Shown here in pieces: positions 1 through 7,610 of a stretch of DNA of 20,000 bases. How positions within the stretch are numbered: the stretch's first letter is position 1; each line of letters starts with the position of its first letter. Source of the DNA: an uncultured virus (IMG/VR IMGVR_UViG_3300020122_000176) (Duplodnaviria > Heunggongvirae > Uroviricota > Caudoviricetes). Location of the stretch: IMG/VR virus record IMGVR_UViG_3300020122_000176. One strand, given 5' to 3'. The notes under the pieces were generated by a model. It was not told the DNA's origin. It ran no database searches and saw only the letters and a program-made list of their open reading frames with translations. A program made the translations under genes and the position numbers.

Positions 1-2330
1 CGAGGCCGATTGAAGAGGTTTCGGCCTGGCCTGGAAATCGGAATGCCCCAAGCGGCAGCAACTCGCGCGAGATGCTCGACGACGAAGTTGACCCCGGCCG
101 AGATCAGACCGCCGAAGTGGCTGACTGGCAGCGTGCTATCGGACCGCACGGCCGCAACGTGGGAAGTTTCGACGCCAGAATGCGAGCGCAGATCGCCGGT
201 GCGCGATATTTGCGGTCCTTGATCGCCTTGCGCCCTGGCGGCGTGCGCAACGGGGTCGGCGCGATCGCCCGCGACCGTCGCTCCATGCGCGACCTGGGCG
301 AGCGTGTCGCCGATCGACTGCGTGACCGTGCCGTCATGAGAAACGGGGACCGTCTCGTCGCCATTGACCGCGGCGCGATGCGCGACCGGAATTGTCCGGT
401 CCTCCTGAAGTCCGACTAGGTGAGCTGCTGGGTCGGAGCCGTCTTCACGCACGCCGGCCAGGTGCTCAGCCTGGACGAGCCGGTTTGATTGCAGATTGCC
501 GGAATGCGAGGTCTGAACGCCTTCGGACGACTGTGCGCCGGCGAGGTGCTCGACTGGGGTGCTGGGACCGCCTTGCTCTCCCGCCAAGTGCTCGGCAGGG
601 ACGCCGCTGCCACCTTGCGCACCAGCGCCATGGGCCAAATTCAACAGCGTGTCGCCCACCGCCTGCGCTGCACTGGCGCCATGCGCGACCGGGATTGTCT
701 CGTCGCCATTGATGTTCGCCAGGTGCTCGGTCGGGACGTTGGCGTCACCGCGTTCGCCGGCGCCGTGCGCCACTGGGTCGCGCTGGTCGGATGCTTCGCC
801 CGCAAGATGCTCGGTCGGCGTGGTGCCTGTTGAGGCTTCGCCGGCCAGGTGCGCGACCGGATCGACGCCATCGCTGCGCTCGCTGGCGAGGTGCTCGGCG
901 TAAACAGTCTCGCCCGACACTTCATTCGCGGCGTGCGAGGTCTGTACGGATTGCGCCGACTGCTCGCCCGCGCCATGAGCCACCGGCACGGTCGGCCCAG
1001 ATTGCTCTGCGACCAAGTGCTCGGCGTAAACGGTGCTGGTCGATACTTCGTTGGCCGCGTGAGACGTTGGGTCCGTGCCGTCGAAGCGCTCGCCGACCAG
1101 GTGCTCGGTCGGGATTATTGGCGTCGATTGTTCGCCTGCGAGGTGCTCGGTGTTGACCGCTGGCGAGGAAACCTCATTGGCCGCATGAGAGGTCGGCACG
1201 GATTCCGACGAAACTTCGTTCGCGGCATGCGCCACCGGCACCAAAGGCGAAGATTGCTCTCCTGCAAGATGCTCAGCATAAATCTGCGGAGTCGATTGCT
1301 CGCCGACGAGGTGCTCGCCCGAGACGATCGGCGACGACACTTCGTTCGCTCTGTGTGCTGCCGGGACTAGCGGCGAAGACTGCTCTCCTGCGCCGTGGGC
1401 GACTGGATCGGTTTGGCTCGTTTGCTCGGCGACCAAGTGCTCGGCGTAGGTTTGCGGGGTGCTCTGGACTGCGGCGCCGTGCGCGACCGGAATCGGTTTG
1501 CCAGCGACCTGGCTCGCGTTGCTGACCACGAAGGGCCAGTCTGACGTCAGCGCGAAAGAACCAAGGTTGACCCAAGTTTTGCTCGCCTGGACCGGATAAA
1601 ACATGTCCCAGGGATGCTGGTACAGATCCTGAGCATCATTGTCGCTTAATAGATAGCCCTGATAGAACCGCGCGAGATGAAGATTGATTGTTGGTGTTGC
1701 GAAGTTCCCGCTCGTATCTGCGCAGAGAAAGAAAACATTTGTCTTCGTCGGGTTACTCATTAACTGAGACTGGTCGTAAATCTTTACGCCGTTCAGATAA
1801 ATCTTAGTTCCGATGTTCCCTTGCTTAGACAGAACGATGTGTGACGTCACGCCCGCATTCAGCAGTCCAGAGCCGATCTGAATGATAAAGGGAGAGCCAG
1901 TGTCCCACGGAACCCAATTCAAGTCCGTCAGGCTTGAGGCTACTTCGTAGTCGTAGCCGCCGTCAGCTGCATTGCCACCAAAGTCGAACAGACGATCGAA
2001 TTGTGCAGCACCAGCACCGGTAGCCGTAAATAGAAATTCAGAACTGAATGCAAGATTGCCAATGCCGGGACTGCCCCAATCAACTGATGCCGGATAATAA
2101 AATCCGCTTGTCCCGTTGGCAGCGATGATGCCTTTTCCGGGTCTGTTTATGTTGATGTTGGGGCGAGTGCCGGCGATGCTGGCAGCCGTCCCAGAAATCA
2201 TTTCTATAAGGCCGTTGCCGTAGTGGGCGCTGACGGCGCGCGTCACGCGCTGACCGAGCCTGTGGCTTCTGTTTATGGCAGCTGGGAACTGCGGCTGAAT
2301 CGCGTTTCTGACCGGAAGTATCAGCGGCAT
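1..2330 (-). CDS. Putative virion fibre/adhesin, >776 aa, truncated by window edge: N-terminal LamG/concanavalin-A-like domain plus His-periodic 14-aa repeats
   Basis: Manual translation from ATG 2330 (MPLILPVRNAIQPQFPAAINRSHRL...) is open to position 3. Residues ~60-245 show LamG-like motifs (FDRLFDFG, SHIVLSKQG..TKIYLNGVKI, LARFYQGYLLSDNDAQDLYQHPW). Tandem repeats follow. Starts 3 nt after the stop of 2334..2783. Not in the ORF track because there is no stop in the window. Confidence 0.88.
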   Translation of the reverse strand, partial: MPLILPVRNAIQPQFPAAINRSHRLGQRVTRAVSAHYGNGLIEMISGTAASIAGTRPNININRPGKGIIAANGTSGFYYPASVDWGSPGIGNLAFSSEFLFTATGAGAAQFDRLFDFGGNAADGGYDYEVASSLTDLNWVPWDTGSPFIIQIGSGLLNAGVTSHIVLSKQGNIGTKIYLNGVKIYDQSQLMSNPTKTNVFFLCADTSGNFATPTINLHLARFYQGYLLSDNDAQDLYQHPWDMFYPVQASKTWVNLGSFALTSDWPFVVSNASQVAGKPIPVAHGAAVQSTPQTYAEHLVAEQTSQTDPVAHGAGEQSSPLVPAAHRANEVSSPIVSGEHLVGEQSTPQIYAEHLAGEQSSPLVPVAHAANEVSSESVPTSHAANEVSSPAVNTEHLAGEQSTPIIPTEHLVGERFDGTDPTSHAANEVSTSTVYAEHLVAEQSGPTVPVAHGAGEQSAQSVQTSHAANEVSGETVYAEHLASERSDGVDPVAHLAGEASTGTTPTEHLAGEASDQRDPVAHGAGERGDANVPTEHLANINGDETIPVAHGASAAQAVGDTLLNLAHGAGAQGGSGVPAEHLAGEQGGPSTPVEHLAGAQSSEGVQTSHSGNLQSNRLVQAEHLAGVREDGSDPAAHLVGLQEDRTIPVAHRAAVNGDETVPVSHDGTVTQSIGDTLAQVAHGATVAGDRADPVAHAARAQGDQGPQISRTGDLRSHSGVETSHVAAVRSDSTLPVSHFGGLISAGVNFVVEHLARVAAAWGIPISRPGRNLFNRP
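30..1497 (-). repeat. Degenerate coding tandem repeat, 42-nt / 14-aa period, about 34 units
   Basis: Units such as LVAEQTSQTDPVAH, GAGEQSSPLVPAAH, AANEVSSESVPTSH and LAGEQSTPIIPTEH. On the + strand it appears as recurrent (c/a)aggtgctcgg and gtgcgcgacc words. Confidence 0.93.
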
Positions 2331-2333
2331 TTA

Positions 2334-2783
2334 TCATGCCACCGTCGCACTGATTTCTGCTGTCTCCACCGTTCCAGTTGTGAGCGCAACACCAAGGTCG
2401 TTCTTCAGCACCAGTTTGAAGTGAGCCGGGATATAACCGAGAACCTGCAAGATGCTGAACGTGGCAATTTCCGTCACGCTGGATGACGCAAGTGGGATGA
2501 CGCCAACAAATTTTAGGTTCGGCTCGTCGGTCGTGCTCGTGCCACTGGTCGGACCCGAGCGATAATTTGTCCCGTCCAAACTTTCCTGAAGAAATAGGAC
2601 GACTTGCTTGTTTCCAGACGGCGTATTGGTCGTCGCGACGTCGACCTCGATGATGACATCGAGCGGCTGGTTGGTCGTGCAATTATAGTCAGCTGACTGG
2701 ACATAGGTCGCGCTCGCAAGCGTGCTGAGCCCCGTGACCGTTAAGGCAGTTCGTGTCCCAACAATCTGTTTGACGGTTGCCAT
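2334..2783 (-). CDS. Hypothetical beta-rich virion protein (149 aa), probable jelly-roll partner of the fibre
   Basis: T/S/V-rich with alternating beta-strand pattern. Abuts both neighbours in the structural operon. Confidence 0.8.
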   Translation of the reverse strand: MATVKQIVGTRTALTVTGLSTLASATYVQSADYNCTTNQPLDVIIEVDVATTNTPSGNKQVVLFLQESLDGTNYRSGPTSGTSTTDEPNLKFVGVIPLASSSVTEIATFSILQVLGYIPAHFKLVLKNDLGVALTTGTVETAEISATVA

Positions 2784-3149
2784 TTAGGCCACGCTCACGG
2801 GGTTCCAAGCGCTCGACGTGTCCATGAATGTGCCGTAGTGCACCCACGGATTTGCCGCGTTTATTTCCGCCTGAAACGCCGTCCACACTGCCTGAAGGCG
2901 CGCTTCCCCGGCTGCGATCGTGTCGCCCGGAGCCATCGTCGCTATGTCCACGCGCTCCGTCACTGACCCATTTTGTAGAGCTGTGTTGTCGGCGGCAGCA
3001 GCATCTTTCCATGCCGAAACCATGCTCGTCTGCTTCGCGGCGTAGAATGGCTGTCGCGCTGCAGGAACGTCAGCCCACATGAGATAACGATAGGTGATCG
3101 GAGCGGCGTTCAACTGTTCTAGAATGATGATGCGTTTCGTGATCGCCAT
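2784..3149 (-). CDS. Hypothetical phage protein (121 aa)
   Basis: Protein-like composition, AAGGTGG SD-like motif upstream, stop directly abuts the next ATG. Confidence 0.8.
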   Translation of the reverse strand: MAITKRIIILEQLNAAPITYRYLMWADVPAARQPFYAAKQTSMVSAWKDAAAADNTALQNGSVTERVDIATMAPGDTIAAGEARLQAVWTAFQAEINAANPWVHYGTFMDTSSAWNPVSVA

Positions 3150-3151
3150 TT

Positions 3152-3310
3152 TCAGCCACCTTCATTTGCGCGCTGGGAGAGTTGAACGAACTTCGTGTCG
3201 CTTTGGGGATTGAACGTGCTGGAGACCGCAAGGACCACTGTCTTGGACGAAGTCGAGAGTGCTGGCACTGGCGTCAGCACCACCGTTTGGGCTGAAAACG
3301 CCGTCGCCAT
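3152..3310 (-). CDS. Small hypothetical protein (52 aa, MATAFSAQTVVLTPVPALSTSSKTVVLAV...)
   Basis: ATG at 3310 lies 1 nt after the upstream TAG and fills the gap exactly. The longer ORF-track start (3451) would overlap the upstream gene. Confidence 0.6.
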   Translation of the reverse strand: MATAFSAQTVVLTPVPALSTSSKTVVLAVSSTFNPQSDTKFVQLSQRANEGG

Positions 3311-3311
3311 T

Positions 3312-3605
3312 CTAAACCCCTGTGAGTGTGTCGACCGTTGTGCCCGCCCTGTCTGGCGAACCAGGCAGATAGGCAACAACATAATAGTTTTTCGAGCGGT
3401 CCGGCACCAGGCAGCTATAGGTGCCGTCGCTGTTCGAGGTCGTTGTGCCAACCGGCAAGTTGGTCAGCGTATCGAAGACGAAGACGTTGGCGCCAGCGAT
3501 CGCGGCTCCGCTCAGATCGACCACGCTGCCGCTGATGAAGGGCGGCAACACATAATCCGGGTACGACGCGGTGAATTTTACGCTGACTCCCGCCGGCCCG
3601 ATCAT
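3312..3605 (-). CDS. Carboxypeptidase-regulatory-like / prealbumin-fold domain protein (97 aa)
   Basis: Motif ISGSVVDLSGAAIAGANVFVF...TTTSNSDGTYS is typical of this fold. Start re-assigned to the TAATG overlap at 3605. Confidence 0.8.
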   Translation of the reverse strand: MIGPAGVSVKFTASYPDYVLPPFISGSVVDLSGAAIAGANVFVFDTLTNLPVGTTTSNSDGTYSCLVPDRSKNYYVVAYLPGSPDRAGTTVDTLTGV

Positions 3606-4141
3606 TAGTTGAGCGATCGCCAGATATGCCAGCGCGGAATCACGGAAGGCGCGACCGAGAAGGTAATGCCAATCCAAAGGCCCGATGCGATGGACGTGTC
3701 AACCGATGTGTTCGCCGTGCCGCCGCAAGTAACGACCGTCGACGAGGCGGCCGTCGCAACAGCGCCGTTCGAGACCCAGTATCCCGCTCCGAAGGCCAGC
3801 GAGTTCGCACCGGGAAGCTGGACCTGCCGAAATGTCAGCCAATAGCGGAAGATGAAGGCTGGCGTCGTGATCGACGGGACATAGTTTTGCGTGGGCGACG
3901 CGCCGAGCGAAGTGCCGCCAATGACAAGGCCGTATCGCGGCTGGATGATAAGCGTGCCGGCCGTGCCGGTGGTGGCTGTGCCGCCGACCGTCAGCTCGTA
4001 AACCTTGCCGGCGCGCGGCTCCATCGCGTTGATCGGAGTCAGCACGGTCGGAATGAGCACGGTCTCGGACGTCGCGGTGATCGTCGTGTAGTCGACGCCC
4101 AGCGGCTCGGTCAGCGTGTCGGCAAAGTACTGCCTGCTCAT
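3605..4141 (-). CDS. Hypothetical beta-rich virion protein (178 aa)
   Basis: T/G/A/S-rich beta pattern. ATGA overlap with the upstream gene and GGAG SD. Confidence 0.82.
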   Translation of the reverse strand: MSRQYFADTLTEPLGVDYTTITATSETVLIPTVLTPINAMEPRAGKVYELTVGGTATTGTAGTLIIQPRYGLVIGGTSLGASPTQNYVPSITTPAFIFRYWLTFRQVQLPGANSLAFGAGYWVSNGAVATAASSTVVTCGGTANTSVDTSIASGLWIGITFSVAPSVIPRWHIWRSLN

Positions 4142-4452
4142 CGGTCGACTCCAAGGCTGAGGATGCGCTCGATACGCTCCGGGGTGCCGGGAACGTCGGG
4201 ATAGCGTTCAACGTGTGTCCTGCGGCCGCCGCTCAGCATGTAGGAATCAATCAGCTGCTGCTTCGCACGTCCGAAAAGATCGTCGAACAGCTTCTCGGCC
4301 TGCTGGCGCGTCGTCGCTTCCTGCTTGATCGCATTTACGGCGACTGAGACACCGGCGCACCAAACCTCTTCGCAAGTATGGCCGTGGTTCGCACGCTCGT
4401 AAGCGCGGTGCAGATCGTTGAAGCCCAGACTGGTCGTGAGGCCGTTCGGCAT
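4138..4452 (-). CDS. Hypothetical protein (104 aa, helical/charged)
   Basis: Fills the gap between structural genes with tight spacing and high GC3. Confidence 0.75.
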   Translation of the reverse strand: MPNGLTTSLGFNDLHRAYERANHGHTCEEVWCAGVSVAVNAIKQEATTRQQAEKLFDDLFGRAKQQLIDSYMLSGGRRTHVERYPDVPGTPERIERILSLGVDR

Positions 4453-4455
4453 GTC

Positions 4456-5499
4456 TTAAACGCTGTTGCCAGCGCCTCGCAGAGTGAAGGAGGTTTTCGC
4501 CGGCGCAGTGCCAGCAGGGATCACGTATTGCAGCCACAAGCCCTCGGCGCCCGCCGCGTTCGGCGCGTTGCCGGACGGAAGATTCTGCGGTGATGGGACA
4601 TTCTGGCTCTGTGGCGCTGCGCCGGACGTGAAGGTGATCGCCGAGGAGTCGCCATTCGCTGGCAAGGTCTGCCGATTGGCTGCCGTGGCCGTGTCGTTCA
4701 GCGCCTTGCAAACGCCGAAGTTCAGCGTGCCGCCAGTCGGATCGGACTGCTTCGAGATGACCGCCTGCGTGAGCGCCGTAGCCGTGTTGTTGTTGACGCA
4801 GAAAACCTTCTCGTAAAACGTGCGCGAGGAGCCGCCCGGGACGTCGGCCGCGATGTTGTAGAAGACGCGGCGGATCGTCGTGACCTGGTTTGGCGACAGA
4901 TCGAACAGCATGCCCTCGTGAACGTCGTAGGTCGACGCCGACGTTGGCGCCGTTCCCCAGTCGCGGTTGACATAGGCGAAGTCGCCGCTGATGCGAACGA
5001 TGCGGCGCAGCTGGAAATTCACGCCGGCTGGCGAGTTGTTCGTGATGCGGATGATCTGGCCGACGGCGACCGACGCGCCATCAGCCGCTGCAAGCTGGAT
5101 AAACGGCTCAACTTGGCCCGATGTGTTGCCGCCGGACTGAGCGGTGTGCGCCGAAATGATCTTGGTATGGCTGATGGCTGCAATATCGCCGACCGCTGTT
5201 GTTCCAGTCGCAACACCCTTCATGAGGCGCTCGAAGGTCTGCGAGCCGTTGACCAGGGTGGTGCCGTTCAGCGTCTTGGCCTCAGCCTGGCTGACGCCGG
5301 TCGCATCCAAGCCGGTCACTGTGAGGACGGCCGCGGTGTCGGAGGCGCTGGACGAGACGTAGTCCATGAGGCCGTTCGGGCTGATGTCGCTGAAGAACAC
5401 CAGCGTCGACATGGTGACGGCGCCGCCGACCGTGGACGATTCGTCCTCCGGCATGTTCGCCGAGCCGTAGAAGTAAATCTGGTTTTGCGAAACAGTCAC
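4456..5499 (-). CDS. Putative virion structural protein (347 aa, S/T/A/G-rich, beta-rich)
   Basis: GTG start with AGGAGG SD and strong GC3 bias. Composition is typical of head/tail accessory proteins. Confidence 0.85.
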   Translation of the reverse strand: MTVSQNQIYFYGSANMPEDESSTVGGAVTMSTLVFFSDISPNGLMDYVSSSASDTAAVLTVTGLDATGVSQAEAKTLNGTTLVNGSQTFERLMKGVATGTTAVGDIAAISHTKIISAHTAQSGGNTSGQVEPFIQLAAADGASVAVGQIIRITNNSPAGVNFQLRRIVRISGDFAYVNRDWGTAPTSASTYDVHEGMLFDLSPNQVTTIRRVFYNIAADVPGGSSRTFYEKVFCVNNNTATALTQAVISKQSDPTGGTLNFGVCKALNDTATAANRQTLPANGDSSAITFTSGAAPQSQNVPSPQNLPSGNAPNAAGAEGLWLQYVIPAGTAPAKTSFTLRGAGNSV

Positions 5500-5509
5500 C
5501 GCCAGCCTC

Positions 5510-5842
5510 CTAGACCAAGGTGTATGTCAGAGCGCCGCCCACGGCAACGCTTGAGCTGAGAAGCAGATCGAGTTGTTCGCCGACATTGGTATCGAACCAG
5601 CCATATTCATTGAAGGCGAGTGGCGCATTGGTGTTGGCGGCACAGTAGATCGGACCGGAAATGTCCACCGAGACGGGCGGGCTGACTGGCGTCGTCGATT
5701 GAAACCGCGCGTTGACCGATCCATTCGACGACAAAAACAGGGCGAGCACGCGGATCTTCTTGCCCGCAACGGCGGAGACGATCGGACGGCTCACGCCCGA
5801 TTCAATGATCGCACGGAAGACACCGCCTGGAATCGCAACCAT
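5510..5842 (-). CDS. Small beta-sandwich phage protein (110 aa)
   Basis: GGGAG SD. IVSAVAGKKIRVLALFLS...GWFDTNVGEQLDLLLS pattern suggests a compact jelly-roll. Confidence 0.8.
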   Translation of the reverse strand: MVAIPGGVFRAIIESGVSRPIVSAVAGKKIRVLALFLSSNGSVNARFQSTTPVSPPVSVDISGPIYCAANTNAPLAFNEYGWFDTNVGEQLDLLLSSSVAVGGALTYTLV

Positions 5843-5859
5843 TCAACTGCTCCCTAGCG

Positions 5860-5893
5860 AAAACGGCGCCGACGCCTTCGCGCCAGCGCCGCC
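5860..5893 (-). terminator. Strong hairpin with short U-tract (possible leaky intrinsic terminator)
   Basis: Minus strand GGCGGCGCTGGCGC-GAAG-GCGTCGGCGCCGTTTT gives a ~12-14 bp stem with G-U pairs and only 4 U. Intergenic, after the capsid-proximal genes. Confidence 0.6.
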
Positions 5894-5918
5894 CGGGGTT
5901 CACCCGTCCTCATGCAAC

Positions 5919-6170
5919 TTACGCTGTCGACATCTCCACCCAAGTCGGGCTGAGTTTTGTGTTCGTATTGCGATACCAGTTGCCGGTGTCGGCGCGGATC
6001 GCGACCGAGCCAATCCCGGCCCAGCCAGCGCCATCGCCGGACGTGCCGTTCGTGAGCGCGCCTGGCACCGAGAAAATCCAGATGCTGTTCGCGGGGTCGA
6101 TCAAGTGACCGTCGCTCGCGATGGCACCCTTCGAACTGTAGTTGACGGGCGGCTGTTGCGTGCGCGCCAT
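5919..6170 (-). CDS. Small putative head decoration / fibre-base protein (83 aa)
   Basis: AGGAG SD. GWAGIGSVAIRADTGNWYRNTNTKLSPTW resembles short beta-meander units of trimeric phage fibre/decoration proteins (from memory, not searched). Confidence 0.75.
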   Translation of the reverse strand: MARTQQPPVNYSSKGAIASDGHLIDPANSIWIFSVPGALTNGTSGDGAGWAGIGSVAIRADTGNWYRNTNTKLSPTWVEMSTA

Positions 6171-6176
6171 GCTGGC

Positions 6177-6506
6177 TTACTCCTGTTCGGTCTGCACCGC
6201 GGGGGCTTTGCGCGAACGCTTCACCTTCCGCTTTGCCGGCTTGCGCCCGCCCATCGCCAACAGGCGATCCAGCTTGGCCTCGACGTTGTCCATGCGCTCG
6301 CACAAGGCGACAAGCACGGGATCGTGACCGCCATCCTCGCCAGTCATGCGCCCATCGTCGCCGATCAAGGTCACGTGTCCTTGCGAGACCAGAGCGCGGC
6401 GCGGCGCTTCTTCGAACGCCATCCACTCCTCTGTCGTGATGACATCGCCAGGCTTGCGGACCTTGCCGCCGAAAGGCATGTGCGTGTTCACTCGCGCCTG
6501 CATCAC
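6177..6506 (-). CDS. Hypothetical protein downstream of major capsid gene (109 aa; basic C-terminus)
   Basis: GGAGAG SD. Position and the PFGGKVRKPGDVI...ALVSQGHV pattern resemble small post-capsid proteins. Coiled segment plus K/R-rich tail. Confidence 0.8.
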   Translation of the reverse strand: MMQARVNTHMPFGGKVRKPGDVITTEEWMAFEEAPRRALVSQGHVTLIGDDGRMTGEDGGHDPVLVALCERMDNVEAKLDRLLAMGGRKPAKRKVKRSRKAPAVQTEQE

Positions 6507-6531
6507 TCTCTCCGTTCTGACGCCGTGGGGT

Positions 6532-7479
6532 TTACGAGACCACCGCGCTGAAGAAATAGCCGAGGTCTTTGCCTGTGACCTTCATGTCGAAGGCGAACTG
6601 GCCGCGGACCACGTCTTCCTTGGTCTTCTGATCGTAGTAGCTGTCGATGGCGATGCCGGCCGCGTTGACGGCGGTCAGGTTCGTCCAGGCGAAGATGGCG
6701 CCAGCGCATGGCTCCATGATCGAGGGCGAGCCATCGGCGTAGATCAGAAGCGCATTGTTGCCCGCGATGAACGCATAGGCGCCGGTGGCGCCCTCCTCGT
6801 TCGTCGCATAGGACGCCTTGGCGATCACGTAGTCTTCGAGTTCGAAGGCCTTCGCGATCATGTCTTCCGTGATCGATGCCGAGGACGTGTATTTGTACAT
6901 ATCCTTGATCAGCGGATGGCGCTTCAGCGCGTTGTGGACCTTGTAGCCGACGATGAGCTTGTTGGGCTCACGTCCGGTGTTCTGCAGAACGGTCGTGCGG
7001 CCGGTATCGATGTCCTTCTGCGGATCCGACGCGTAGTCGTCCCAAAGCACGCCCGGAGTGATGTCGGTGCCCCAGATGCCGCTCGTGAAAAACTTGGTGG
7101 CGAACAGGCGCTCGCCGCGGATCAGCATGCGCTGCGTGACGAGGCGGGTGGCCGCTTCGTCGAGCCGGATGCTGGGATCGCTGTTCTTGACCACGAGGTC
7201 GGACAGCGGGACTTCCGTCCACCACGCCGTCGCATCGTAGCTGTCGGTCGACAGCGTGAAGCCGGAACGCGGCGCTGCTTCGCCAGGCGCGCGAGGCTTA
7301 ACGGCGTCGTCGCGATTGAAGTCGTTCTTGTTGAAGATGAAAAACTTGTTCGTCATGTGCTCGACAGGCTTGATCGGGAACGCCTGACGCCAGACGAAGT
7401 TTTTGTCGTCCTGGAAGTACGCGACGGAAAAGTCAGTGAGTGCCGCGTCTATATGGACGTCTTGCGGGGTAGGCTGCAT
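6532..7479 (-). CDS. Major capsid protein (HK97 fold, lambda-E/Mu-T-like type without delta domain), 315 aa
   Basis: N-terminal PTPQDVHIDAALTDFSVAY, WDDYASDPQKDI, PNKLIVGYKVHNALKRHP, C-terminal DLGYFFSAVV. AAGGAG SD, strongly biased codons, follows the cement gene. Confidence 0.92.
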   Translation of the reverse strand: MQPTPQDVHIDAALTDFSVAYFQDDKNFVWRQAFPIKPVEHMTNKFFIFNKNDFNRDDAVKPRAPGEAAPRSGFTLSTDSYDATAWWTEVPLSDLVVKNSDPSIRLDEAATRLVTQRMLIRGERLFATKFFTSGIWGTDITPGVLWDDYASDPQKDIDTGRTTVLQNTGREPNKLIVGYKVHNALKRHPLIKDMYKYTSSASITEDMIAKAFELEDYVIAKASYATNEEGATGAYAFIAGNNALLIYADGSPSIMEPCAGAIFAWTNLTAVNAAGIAIDSYYDQKTKEDVVRGQFAFDMKVTGKDLGYFFSAVVS

Positions 7480-7610
7480 CTCTGCGCTCCTTCAAGGGCC
7501 GGGCCGCTTCACAGCGGTCCTTACTGCCTTCTGCCGGTTTGGGGTGTTGCGTGCCCCAAGCCGACTACCATCCGAGGGAATGCCGCGCATCACTGCGGGG
7601 CTGCAACCCC
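7480..7610 (-). promoter_or_regulatory. Structured 5' leader of the major capsid gene
   Basis: Hairpins on the minus strand: CGCA-GTGA-TGCG (7586-7597), CCGCT-GTGA-AGCGG (7504-7517), TTGGGG...CCCCAA (7534-7563), GGGGT-TGCA-GCCCC. Confidence 0.5.

Noticed and set aside
60..1480. Regularly spaced (c/a)aggtgctcgg words resembling a CRISPR array
   Set aside because: The period is 42 nt and in frame. The words are the reverse complement of codons for A/T-E-H-L, vary at synonymous positions and are too short. No cas genes.
10..1575. Many ORF-track ORFs on both strands (e.g. 849..1370 +, 489..833 +)
   Set aside because: They are shadows of the long minus-strand repeat gene, with Arg-rich non-protein-like composition.
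1570..2330. Possible diversity-generating retroelement target (lectin-like domain)
   Set aside because: No reverse transcriptase and no template/variable repeat pair differing at adenines were seen in the window.
2080..2682. 200-aa minus-strand ORF and its ATGA-overlap start at 2337
   Set aside because: Out-of-frame overlap with two better genes. The frame starting at 2330 gives a coherent LamG-like domain and stays open.
6507..6560. Programmed frameshift/readthrough extending the major capsid protein
   Set aside because: No slippery heptamer near the TAA stop, and the downstream gene has its own SD.
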